A stretch of DNA of 32,000 nt, from positions 37,653 to 69,652 of the forward strand of contig NJBF01000009.1 of assembly GCA_003144275.1 (NCBI GenBank). Reading direction: 5' to 3'. Positions 1-8,469 of this stretch are shown piece after piece. Below the pieces are notes generated by a model. That model saw only the letters and a list, made by a program, of their open reading frames with translations. It was not told where the DNA came from and did not search any database. The stretch comes from Candidatus Heimdallarchaeota archaeon B3_Heim (lineage in GTDB: Archaea; Asgardarchaeota; Heimdallarchaeia; Hodarchaeales; Hodarchaeaceae). How positions within the stretch are numbered: position 1 is the first letter of the stretch; every line of letters starts with the position of its first letter. The position numbers were made by a program, and so were the translations under genes.

Positions 1-1
1 T

Positions 2-193
2 TTTAAAACAGCAGAAGCGGAGTTAGAGCAACTAAACCAAATTCAAACATTTTTTGGGCCACTCACGAGATTTCTCTCCTCATATCAAGATCGTGGTTTG
101 GAAATTGTCAAAAGTCTAAAAGAAATTCATGAGCAAAGTCAAGAGTTAGTAAAATCGATTGAACAAATAGAGAACCGACTCCAATCAAGTTAG
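2..193 (+). CDS. 3' end of a helical/coiled-coil protein (partial, runs off the window start; not in the ORF track)
   Basis: Open frame from position 2 to TAG at 191-193: FKTAEAELEQLNQIQTFFGPLTRFLSSYQDRGLEIVKSLKEIHEQSQELVKSIEQIENRLQSS*. Heptad-like pattern; converges on the GGR stop with a 4-bp gap. Confidence 0.6.
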   Translation, partial: FKTAEAELEQLNQIQTFFGPLTRFLSSYQDRGLEIVKSLKEIHEQSQELVKSIEQIENRLQSS

Positions 194-197
194 CAGC

Positions 198-1463
198 TCA
201 AATTAAAAATCCTCTAAAGAAGCTGAGGCATACTTGCGGTGTCAATTTTAACCCCTTGGTAATTACTTTCGGTTGCAAGGCATAACGTAATAATCCAGAG
301 CCATGTAAATCGATATCAGTAGATTTCATACTATTATCAATTTGTGTTGTCTTGGCGATTCTAATCAAGTCATTCCAAACATTATCTGGTAAATATGAAA
401 TTGCTCTACGCAGATATTTCATAATACTGAGTTCAGGTTCAAAACACGATTTCCACTGTTTTTGATACTCTCTGCATCCCTGAAGAGGTGTAAAATCCTT
501 CGATATTATTTTACTAGCATATTTTCCAGCTAACCGGCCGCAATAACCTCCAATATTTACTCCTCCGCCTGTAGTTGCCTTTGATTGTCCTGCAGCATCT
601 CCAACAAGCATGAATTGCTCTAAGAAGGTTTTTTTAACGGGTCCAGATGCAGGTACAAACCCCCCATATGAATTAACTGGCTTTGCTTTCTTAGTACGCA
701 TTTTGATAACCGAATGCTTATGCAAGAACTTTTCCAAATATAACCGAGTTTTACCAGAGTGTACTGGACTAACTGCAATTCCAATACGTGCAGACTCTTC
801 ATTAAGGGGGATAAACCAACCGAAAAATCCTGGTGCAACATTATTTCCAAAAAATAATTCTGAACAATCGGGCTCAAAATCAACTAATCCCTTCATTTCG
901 TACTGAATCGCAGGGAAAAGCCAATTCTGATTCGGTCTATACAAACCGACTGAATGTGCTAGTCTTGCTTTTGATCCCTCTGCAGATATTAGGATATCAC
1001 AGAAAATTTTCTTTGTGTTTTTCCCCTGCCTTATTAAGAGCTTCCATTTATTTCGATCGAAGTTAATCTCTTTTACATGATGGTTTGTATATATGCTAGC
1101 TCCTGCTCTTTCAGAACTCATTGCTAAATACTGATCAAGAGACTTCCGATTGAGAACAACCAGAGAATCATTTTTTCTGTCAATTTGAAAAGAATTTCCA
1201 TTTGGGGCTACGAATCGTGCTCGTTTAATTTCATTAACCATGATCTTCTTTTGAATAATATTACGATTTACCCCTAAATTGAGTAACCCTTCTAAAGCGA
1301 TTAATCCAGAACAGTGAGTTGGACTTCCAACCTGTTTATGTTCTTCAAAAATAGCTATTGATAAGTCTGAATTATTTACTGAGGCCTGTCGACCAGCTAA
1401 AGATCCTGAGGGTCCTGCACCTATGATTGCTATATCAATTTTTTTCTGTTCCCTCAATACCAT
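198..1463 (-). CDS. Geranylgeranyl reductase family FAD-dependent oxidoreductase (DGGR-like)
   Basis: N-terminal Rossmann IIGAGPSGS, PTHCSG, GFFGWFIP (matches the YxWxFP region), and LVGDAAGQSKATTGGGV second FAD motif. Confidence 0.85.
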   Translation of the reverse strand: MVLREQKKIDIAIIGAGPSGSLAGRQASVNNSDLSIAIFEEHKQVGSPTHCSGLIALEGLLNLGVNRNIIQKKIMVNEIKRARFVAPNGNSFQIDRKNDSLVVLNRKSLDQYLAMSSERAGASIYTNHHVKEINFDRNKWKLLIRQGKNTKKIFCDILISAEGSKARLAHSVGLYRPNQNWLFPAIQYEMKGLVDFEPDCSELFFGNNVAPGFFGWFIPLNEESARIGIAVSPVHSGKTRLYLEKFLHKHSVIKMRTKKAKPVNSYGGFVPASGPVKKTFLEQFMLVGDAAGQSKATTGGGVNIGGYCGRLAGKYASKIISKDFTPLQGCREYQKQWKSCFEPELSIMKYLRRAISYLPDNVWNDLIRIAKTTQIDNSMKSTDIDLHGSGLLRYALQPKVITKGLKLTPQVCLSFFRGFLI

Positions 1464-1480
1464 CCAAGAACAACCATATT

Positions 1481-1535
1481 TAGAAAATAAAAAGAAAAAA
1501 GGAAGAAGTGAACCGTAAAGGGTTGAGCTACGGTT
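1481..1535 (-). terminator. Candidate terminator after the pilin-like gene: hairpin followed by a T-rich tract
   Basis: AACCGTA (1511-1517) / TACGGTT (1529-1535) form a 7-bp stem with an 11-nt loop starting 3 nt after the stop. On the minus strand it is followed by CTTCTTCCTTTTTTCTTTTTATTTTCT. Confidence 0.4.
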
Positions 1536-1538
1536 TCT

Positions 1539-4500
1539 TTAGAAGAGCCTCTTAACCTTTCTTTCAATTAGGAAAACTGTCTGAACTGATATTTCTGATG
1601 TAAAACGATCAGATTCTTCTGGTAAATCGCCAATTGAGGAAAAAGGACTCATAATCATGGATCCTGCGCCACCAGTTTGAGTGGTGTACGTAAAGTCCAA
1701 TATTCTGCTATTATAGGTCGAATCGCCATAATAGAAGATACCTCTCGTTCTATCTTGGTTCCATTGTGAAGTATATTCTCGTTCAGTGTAATACCAGACA
1801 GTCCATTGACCAGCCACAAGCTCCTCAGCACCTAATTGTTCTGTTACAAACTCTACAGGCCCATAAGTAGTTGCCCCTATTTGCATATATACACGGATGA
1901 CCACTGAATCTGTAGAATCAAGGGGATAATTTAACGCTAAGGTCCAATATCCAGGTTGAAGGCCACTGCCATCAGAAGTTCTATAAACCTCTGCAGCGTG
2001 TCCTGTACTAATCGGAGTCATTGATGTATCTGCTTTCCTTACCCATACTTCCATGTACCAATACACCGTTTGAGAACCAGTCCATCGACCATTTCTCTCA
2101 TTTAAAGTTAGAAAACCAGAAGATGGATCAGTTCCTAATTGTCCATCAGATCTCATGTATCTGTCGGGAGAAACAGTTTGAAAAACAGTAATCGGTGTAC
2201 TAAACTCGGATATGGCAGGGTCGTCAGAATAGCCAGAAGAGGTACCAGATGCAAATGTATAACCAAATCTTATGGTGACATTCATATCATTGAGGTCGAA
2301 AAATCCTCCACTACTATTGGCATATGTTAAGGTTAGCGTTGTTGTTTTTCCAATATCAATACTGATTGTATTGTTTAAAACGGCTGTATAGCCACTTATT
2401 CCTTCAGAAGGACTAGATATATTTGTCCAACGTGGATCCGTTCCACCAATACCCGTACCATTTGCATCAATCTGGATTAATTCCGGATCTCCAATATAGA
2501 AATCTTTAGTATTATCGGAAAGAGTAGTTGTTATGTTGGTAATGACAGCATTGGCATCTGTATCCCCAGTGAAAAGACTATAAATGTCAAATGACATAAT
2601 ATGAGAAGAGTTTCCCCAGACACTTACTGATTTACTGATATATTGGAAAGTAGGCTCATTAGCTACTGAAACTTCAACATCACTTTGTATCGTGTTAATT
2701 TGACCAGCATAATCTAAGGCTTCAACACGGATAGATACAGTTGTCAGTTGTGTGAAATTTCCTCCTTTAATGACACCTTCCCAAACACCATCTTCACCCT
2801 TTGATGAATCACCGACATCATGTGACATTTCATATGTAGAACTCCAATCTGCTGCACCGATTTTATAGCTTAACCGCACAGTTCCTGTTTCAGTAATGTA
2901 CCTTTCTGTACTAAATGAAGGATCATTATCATCAACAACTACTCGTACAGATACATCTTGACCTGGACCAGTTGGGGAAGATATTGACGGATTAAAGCTC
3001 ACAGAAGGCGCATTTCGATCATTAATTGTTATATGATAAGGCGAACTGGCTGAACCATCATTTGTATTGCCTGAGGGGTCTGTTGCATTGATATAATAAT
3101 CTATCCCATCTATTGTAACATTAGTGGTAGGGATCGAAAATGTCCATGTATTTCCCGACTGACTTATATAATTTTCAACTTGCCATGGATCTGGAATAAG
3201 CAGACCTGTATCATTTCCTTCTCTCCATACTAGGTTAACCTGATCAACAGTATCTTCATCTTCCACAGTTACTGATAGAGAAATTACTGGTGGTTGGTCT
3301 GAATCGTAATCTACTTCAGTTACTGGTGTATGTTGAGTGATATCAGGTTTTGTGGTATCTAACACTCCTGCTTCTTTATCTCCTGAAAGTGCCGAGTTAT
3401 CGTCTTCATCAATTGCCAATAAAAAGTAAGTAAGATGACTTTCCAGAGCACCAGAGTCGACAAAATCCGCTGGAATATTGCCTTGCCAGACATTTCCTGC
3501 GGTTTCATCCATTCCAATAGAAGAATAGTCAAGGCTTGTATCGTTATATTTGTAATAAATGTATGCTTCAGAAACACTTGAAACAGAAGACCCTGAATCT
3601 GTAATTGTGGCTGAAATAGCAAATGATTCTCCCACTTCGGCAAGGTCTGGACCATTTTTTATACTCGAACCATCTACATTACTGATTACTGGATCGACAT
3701 AATCATTATCAATAGTGAGATCAGCTAAAGCTGTTATCGAACGTGATAAACCAGCATAGTCGTAGACAGTTATATCCATTGAATAATCATCATTTGGAAG
3801 TCCCTCTGAACCTCCAAGAGGACTGGTCGAATTTCTTGTATTCCAAGTCCATCTCCAGAGAGGTTCAGTAACCGTTTTGGTTGTGATTGCACTTCCACCT
3901 CCAAGTGGAAGTACTTCGAAAACAACGCTTTTAACTTCAGAATTATCGAAAACAGAGGACGGAGAGACTGTGTGTGTTCTTCGTATAGTTCCCAAAGTAA
4001 CTGACCCTATAGAAGGTCTATCAGCTGCCAATTTCATATCATCTTCGTCAACGATATCGGTTGCTTTCGTTGTATCTATTGTGCTTCTACTTTTAGTTTC
4101 TATTACCATTTTATAGTAAATATCATCATCATCATTAACGTCAGGAAGGGGAAACCGAATATCAATTGGTTCGAAAGTTGTAAGAGGTTCTATAATGTAC
4201 GAATTCGATGTAGATATATCATCTATACTAGAAGCTCCACTAACTTCTGTCCACGGCCCTGTTATCAATAAAGAGTAGAATATGTTAAAAGAAACAATCT
4301 CAACGTCACCTGTACCCCCATTTGAAAGAACAAGTGTACCGAGACCATATCCATGACCATCTTCTACAGCTTTTGTCCAGGTACCATCGTAGCTGACATA
4401 TGCTTCATTTAGCTCAAGTTTGTTTGTTTTTTCAAAAAGTGGCATAACTACAAGAAATATGGCGGCACTAGCTGCGACCGCAAGTCCGATGAGTAAAATA

Positions 4501-4559
4501 ACAGCAATAACAGGGGAAATCGCTCGTTTTCTTTTATTATAAAGAGTAATTAATTTCAA
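1539..4559 (-). CDS. Very large archaeal type IV pilin-like surface protein: class III signal peptide plus multiple Ig-like beta-sandwich repeats
   Basis: N-terminus NKRKRA/ISPVIAVILLIGLAVAASAAIF fits the prepilin/prearchaellin consensus. Repeated modules begin D-x3-P (DYVDP, DTTKP, DRNAP) and end in a hydrophobic strand plus A-x-D-x-x-[GD] (AIDEDDN, ATDPSGN, ALDYAGQ). About 13 N-x-S/T sequons. TTG start is forced by an in-frame TAG immediately upstream. Confidence 0.8.
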   Translation of the reverse strand: MKLITLYNKRKRAISPVIAVILLIGLAVAASAAIFLVVMPLFEKTNKLELNEAYVSYDGTWTKAVEDGHGYGLGTLVLSNGGTGDVEIVSFNIFYSLLITGPWTEVSGASSIDDISTSNSYIIEPLTTFEPIDIRFPLPDVNDDDDIYYKMVIETKSRSTIDTTKATDIVDEDDMKLAADRPSIGSVTLGTIRRTHTVSPSSVFDNSEVKSVVFEVLPLGGGSAITTKTVTEPLWRWTWNTRNSTSPLGGSEGLPNDDYSMDITVYDYAGLSRSITALADLTIDNDYVDPVISNVDGSSIKNGPDLAEVGESFAISATITDSGSSVSSVSEAYIYYKYNDTSLDYSSIGMDETAGNVWQGNIPADFVDSGALESHLTYFLLAIDEDDNSALSGDKEAGVLDTTKPDITQHTPVTEVDYDSDQPPVISLSVTVEDEDTVDQVNLVWREGNDTGLLIPDPWQVENYISQSGNTWTFSIPTTNVTIDGIDYYINATDPSGNTNDGSASSPYHITINDRNAPSVSFNPSISSPTGPGQDVSVRVVVDDNDPSFSTERYITETGTVRLSYKIGAADWSSTYEMSHDVGDSSKGEDGVWEGVIKGGNFTQLTTVSIRVEALDYAGQINTIQSDVEVSVANEPTFQYISKSVSVWGNSSHIMSFDIYSLFTGDTDANAVITNITTTLSDNTKDFYIGDPELIQIDANGTGIGGTDPRWTNISSPSEGISGYTAVLNNTISIDIGKTTTLTLTYANSSGGFFDLNDMNVTIRFGYTFASGTSSGYSDDPAISEFSTPITVFQTVSPDRYMRSDGQLGTDPSSGFLTLNERNGRWTGSQTVYWYMEVWVRKADTSMTPISTGHAAEVYRTSDGSGLQPGYWTLALNYPLDSTDSVVIRVYMQIGATTYGPVEFVTEQLGAEELVAGQWTVWYYTEREYTSQWNQDRTRGIFYYGDSTYNSRILDFTYTTQTGGAGSMIMSPFSSIGDLPEESDRFTSEISVQTVFLIERKVKRLF

Positions 4560-4655
4560 CTATATGTCTCTCCAAGTAATTCAATAATTTTACAACTAGA
4601 TATAGAGATTGAAAGAGATTAATTGGAATATCTTCTTTTAATCTTTCTTTAATAT

Positions 4656-4670
4656 GAAATATAATATTTC
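4656..4670. promoter_or_regulatory. Candidate operator palindrome in the divergent pilin/bshC promoter region
   Basis: GAAATAT-A-ATATTTC perfect 7-1-7 dyad next to a TATA-like CTATAAAAG (4672-4680). All-AT context makes chance occurrence plausible. Confidence 0.25.
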
Positions 4671-4838
4671 GCTATAAAAGAATTTTGAAACCCCATTTTT
4701 TCTGGGAGACTTCTCAAGAATTAGTTTTTTATTCTGGGGTCTGTTTATTGTAAAATGTACCAAGGTCGTTTTAGTGCAAAAGCAATTTGAAATAGTAATT
4801 CTGATCTTCCAAGCATAACCTACTTCATAACATATATA

Positions 4839-6530
4839 ATGAGAATGATCACCTTGGTATCAAATGTTAACAGCCTCCTTGAATTATATCGTTTAGCCGC
4901 TACTGGTAATCCGAATGTTCTTACTCAGCAATTTTGGGGAAATATTCCTTCAACGTATGTGGACTTAAAGAAAAGGGTTGCAATACATCAACAATCACAG
5001 AACCTGGGGAAATTCCAAGACAATATTGAGGAATTACGTAGAATTGCATATAATCATAATCGATCAATGGGAACTTTAACACTCGCTGTTAAGGATACAT
5101 TGGATAATCTTGATTCAGGGCTTTTAGATGTGGGTCATCAACCGCTTATTTTCGGTGGTTCCTCTTTTCTCATGAATAAAATTTCATCGGCTGACTGGAT
5201 TGGTCAATTGACGGGATTGAGTACATTTTTTTTCATTGGTGATCATGATTCCATACAAAATGAATTAACAGTAACTCGGTTTCCCCAACCTAATTCTTCT
5301 TCGGGTTTACTCATTACTCCTCCCTCGTGGGGTGTACCTGACGATACACCGATGCATTACGTACCCGTTCCTTCAGAAAAATGGATAATGGACAGTAAAG
5401 AAAAAATTCAAGAGAATTTACGATTGTTGATAAAATATGCGAAAGTCTTGCCTCATAATCGTACTCTGTTGTCAGAACGGTTTCAATCTTGGTTTGATAT
5501 TATCAAGGATAGTGCATTTTCTGCTAATGATTTTTCCTCATGGAGTCAAAGAATTTGGAGTACTTTATTTATCTTAAGAAATGATTTACATATTTTTCTT
5601 ACTCCCTCGAGCAATATAAGATATAGAAAACTTATTCGACCTGCTTTTGAATTCTTATTGACCGAAAAAAATCGAGATCAATATATCGAAACTTTAAATT
5701 CCGTATATAATCAAATTATTGGTCATAATCTCACACCAGGTTTACCTCGGAGAGAAAAAAGCTATGTTCCCTTCTTCTTGGAATGCCTCAAATGCAAAAC
5801 ACATACCAGAGTAGAATTAAAAGTTTTTCAATTAGGTGTTTTAGAAGGACGGTGTCCTTCTTGTAACGAGGAATATTCATTCTCTTATAATTCAAATAGT
5901 CCAGATCTCAGTGAAATTGAGATAAATATAACTCCACGTTCCGATTCTCGAGCTATGGTGAATAATTTCACATTTCCGATTTTAGTTCATGTAGGAGGGG
6001 GAGGAGAAACACAGTACTATTCAGCTGTTATACCTGCCATGAAAAGACTGAATATAGAACCCCCTATTCTAATCAGGTCGAATAGGATTTATTATAGTAC
6101 ACCTTGGGGTGAAAAATCTGCGTCTGAGGTAGGTAAACCAATGTTACAAGAGAAGGTATATAATTGCTTTAAAGCCTACAATGAAGGACAGACAATTTCA
6201 GATAAACATTCTGCTCTGGAAGCAATGAGAACACATTTGCAACTGGTTTCCCTTGAAAATAACAAATTGTTGGTTCAACATAATGATGAACTAAGAAAAA
6301 ACCAAGGAGATAAGAAGCTGAGGAGAAAGATACGCAATCTGGAACTAATGCTTTCTCATAATTATGGTCGATTTACTGCTGGAAAAAATATTCAGGAAGT
6401 TTCGTGGAATTGGTTAGATCTTGCGCTATTAACAGGTATTCACAATCTCAGCAGCATGTATCAACGCCAGATTAATGAAAAATCTTTCCCAGGCTTTACT
6501 TGGTATATTAACACTGGAAAATATACTTAA
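4839..6530 (+). CDS. bshC: BshC-like (bacillithiol biosynthesis cysteine-adding enzyme family) protein with a Zn-ribbon insertion
   Basis: DVGHQPLIFGG (cf. TGQQxxLFxGP), FIGDHD (cf. EDHD) and HVGGGGETQYY (cf. YVGGPGExxY) occur in BshC order. The length is similar and there is a helical C-terminal region. CLKC...CPSC insertion at about 5784-5864. Confidence 0.75.
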   Translation: MRMITLVSNVNSLLELYRLAATGNPNVLTQQFWGNIPSTYVDLKKRVAIHQQSQNLGKFQDNIEELRRIAYNHNRSMGTLTLAVKDTLDNLDSGLLDVGHQPLIFGGSSFLMNKISSADWIGQLTGLSTFFFIGDHDSIQNELTVTRFPQPNSSSGLLITPPSWGVPDDTPMHYVPVPSEKWIMDSKEKIQENLRLLIKYAKVLPHNRTLLSERFQSWFDIIKDSAFSANDFSSWSQRIWSTLFILRNDLHIFLTPSSNIRYRKLIRPAFEFLLTEKNRDQYIETLNSVYNQIIGHNLTPGLPRREKSYVPFFLECLKCKTHTRVELKVFQLGVLEGRCPSCNEEYSFSYNSNSPDLSEIEINITPRSDSRAMVNNFTFPILVHVGGGGETQYYSAVIPAMKRLNIEPPILIRSNRIYYSTPWGEKSASEVGKPMLQEKVYNCFKAYNEGQTISDKHSALEAMRTHLQLVSLENNKLLVQHNDELRKNQGDKKLRRKIRNLELMLSHNYGRFTAGKNIQEVSWNWLDLALLTGIHNLSSMYQRQINEKSFPGFTWYINTGKYT

Positions 6531-6585
6531 AGTTATCTTCAACCATTTGAAGTTGTAAAAATTTTTGAATTCGCAAGAAAACGAT

Positions 6586-7899
6586 TTAAGCTTCTTTTTG
6601 AAGTAGTTTACCAAGAATTTCCATGCCCTCTAAGATCATTTGAGAGGATACGAAAGAGAAGCTAATTCGCATACCATTGGTTTTAATCCGATTTCCATGG
6701 AGTTTTGAATCACCAGCATTAATAGAATATCCTTTAATTGGATAAAATGCTTTTCCTGGTACATATAGGACGTCATTTGGAATGGCCTTATCTTGCATGA
6801 ACTTTCCTGAGTCGAAAGACTCTTTTTCCATTTGAAACCAGAAGAAAAATCCTCCAGTTGGGGTGGAGCTAAAGCCATTTGATGGAAAATATGTATCAAT
6901 CATCTTTTTCATTGCATCTCTACGTTTCTTATATATTTTCAAGTTATCAGCCAGTACATTATCAATATGGTGTTTGTAATAGATTTCAAGCATTCTTTGA
7001 GTAAACGAAGAGGTACAGAGATCAAGATATCCCTTGTCTTTTATAACTGGGGTCATGATCTCCTCTGGAAGAATTGAGTACCCAAGTCTAAGCACCGCGG
7101 CTTCCTTACTACTTGTACGGAGATATGCGACCCATTTATTCTCAGGATCATATTTTTTAATTGGAGGAGGAATTTTTCCGAACTGAATTTCTCGGTAAGC
7201 TGCGTCTTCAATTAAGAGGATTTCATTTTGAACAGCTATATCAAAAAGAGCTTTTCTTCTCTTTTCTGGCAAAGTGGTACCTTTAGGATTATCAGAATCT
7301 GAAACAACATAAATAGCTTTAGGTGTTCGTTTTAGTTCACGTTTACATACATTAATTGCTTTTTCAACATGTTCAGGTATGAGACCATCCATATCAGAGG
7401 GAACTGTAAGAACGTTTCCACCAAGTTTTGTGACAGGCACAACAAATCCGAGATAAGATGGTCTTGCCATTACTATAACATCTTTAGGACGAATTAAAGT
7501 ATCAAGAAGAGCATATAACATTTGTTGAGAACCTGTCGTAATTGCGATGTCATCAGGTCCTCGCGGAATCTCAATGCCATCAATTCTCTTCATTCTCTCT
7601 ACAAGAACTTTTTTCAGTGATAATAATCCGCTAGTTGGGCCATAGTTTAAAATATCAATTCCTGAGATATCAAGGTTGTCTGCAATCTGACGTAGTATTG
7701 TTTTGAATGTATCAATTGGTAAGGCTCCAGGTTTTCCTCCTCCAAAGTAATATTTTACATTATATAGAAGGAGTCTACGAATTTCGCTCTCTGGAACGAT
7801 TTCTGTCCATTCAGCTAAATTATCATAATAAGGGGGAGTCATTTTGATGTACTTCCTAATTAAAGATAAGTCCTCATATTTTTTTTCCTCAATTGGCAT
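6586..7899 (-). CDS. PLP-dependent aminotransferase class I/II (LysN/ARO8/MocR-like)
   Basis: YYFGGGKP, LNYGPTSG, ITTGSQQ, SDNPKGT, LIEDAAY, and TSSKEAAVLRLGY containing the PLP lysine. Confidence 0.9.
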   Translation of the reverse strand: MPIEEKKYEDLSLIRKYIKMTPPYYDNLAEWTEIVPESEIRRLLLYNVKYYFGGGKPGALPIDTFKTILRQIADNLDISGIDILNYGPTSGLLSLKKVLVERMKRIDGIEIPRGPDDIAITTGSQQMLYALLDTLIRPKDVIVMARPSYLGFVVPVTKLGGNVLTVPSDMDGLIPEHVEKAINVCKRELKRTPKAIYVVSDSDNPKGTTLPEKRRKALFDIAVQNEILLIEDAAYREIQFGKIPPPIKKYDPENKWVAYLRTSSKEAAVLRLGYSILPEEIMTPVIKDKGYLDLCTSSFTQRMLEIYYKHHIDNVLADNLKIYKKRRDAMKKMIDTYFPSNGFSSTPTGGFFFWFQMEKESFDSGKFMQDKAIPNDVLYVPGKAFYPIKGYSINAGDSKLHGNRIKTNGMRISFSFVSSQMILEGMEILGKLLQKEA

Positions 7900-8469
7900 C
7901 TTGATTTTTCAAGAATACTACACATTTCAGAGCATTATAACGAAGAAATAGATCATCTCTCAAGGACGAGTGATATATTTTTGAAGAAATTTATAACCTT
8001 ATCGAACATAGGGGTCAATCAAAAATATGAAATTAAATCTATTTATGAAATTTCAATGAATTACATCGCATAATGAGAGAAAAAAACCATTCAACTAAAA
8101 GGAATATAAATTTAATGGATTCTATGTATGTTAAATACATGAATATCGGAATATGAGAATCAAAGTCGTCACAGTTTTTTATCCCAAAAATACATTATAT
8201 TAAAAATATTGGAGTAACAACACTCGGTAGTGACGAAAATAAGTATTAACGACTATTTTTATCACAAATTGTAGGAAAATCTCATCTTTTATTAAATTCG
8301 AGTATAATTTGGTTATCTAACCAACAATAAGAATTTAAAATATTTTTGAGATCGAAGCGTCTTGAATAATACTACGTCATTTGATTAACAGGATATTAAG
8401 TAATCTTGAGGATAAACTCACTCATTGTAGGTGAGATTCTCGTTCTAGAACTGATGGTTTTTGATAATA

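Noticed and set aside
1505-1538. SECIS element after the pilin gene
   Set aside because: The 7-bp hairpin lacks the AUGA/GA kink-turn core and no gene here needs in-frame TGA readthrough. A terminator is the simpler reading.
8026-8062. TATGAAATT repeated at 8026 and 8044, plus ATGAATT at 8056
   Set aside because: Short all-AT-context repeats are expected by chance in this region. They are not CRISPR-like or iteron-like.
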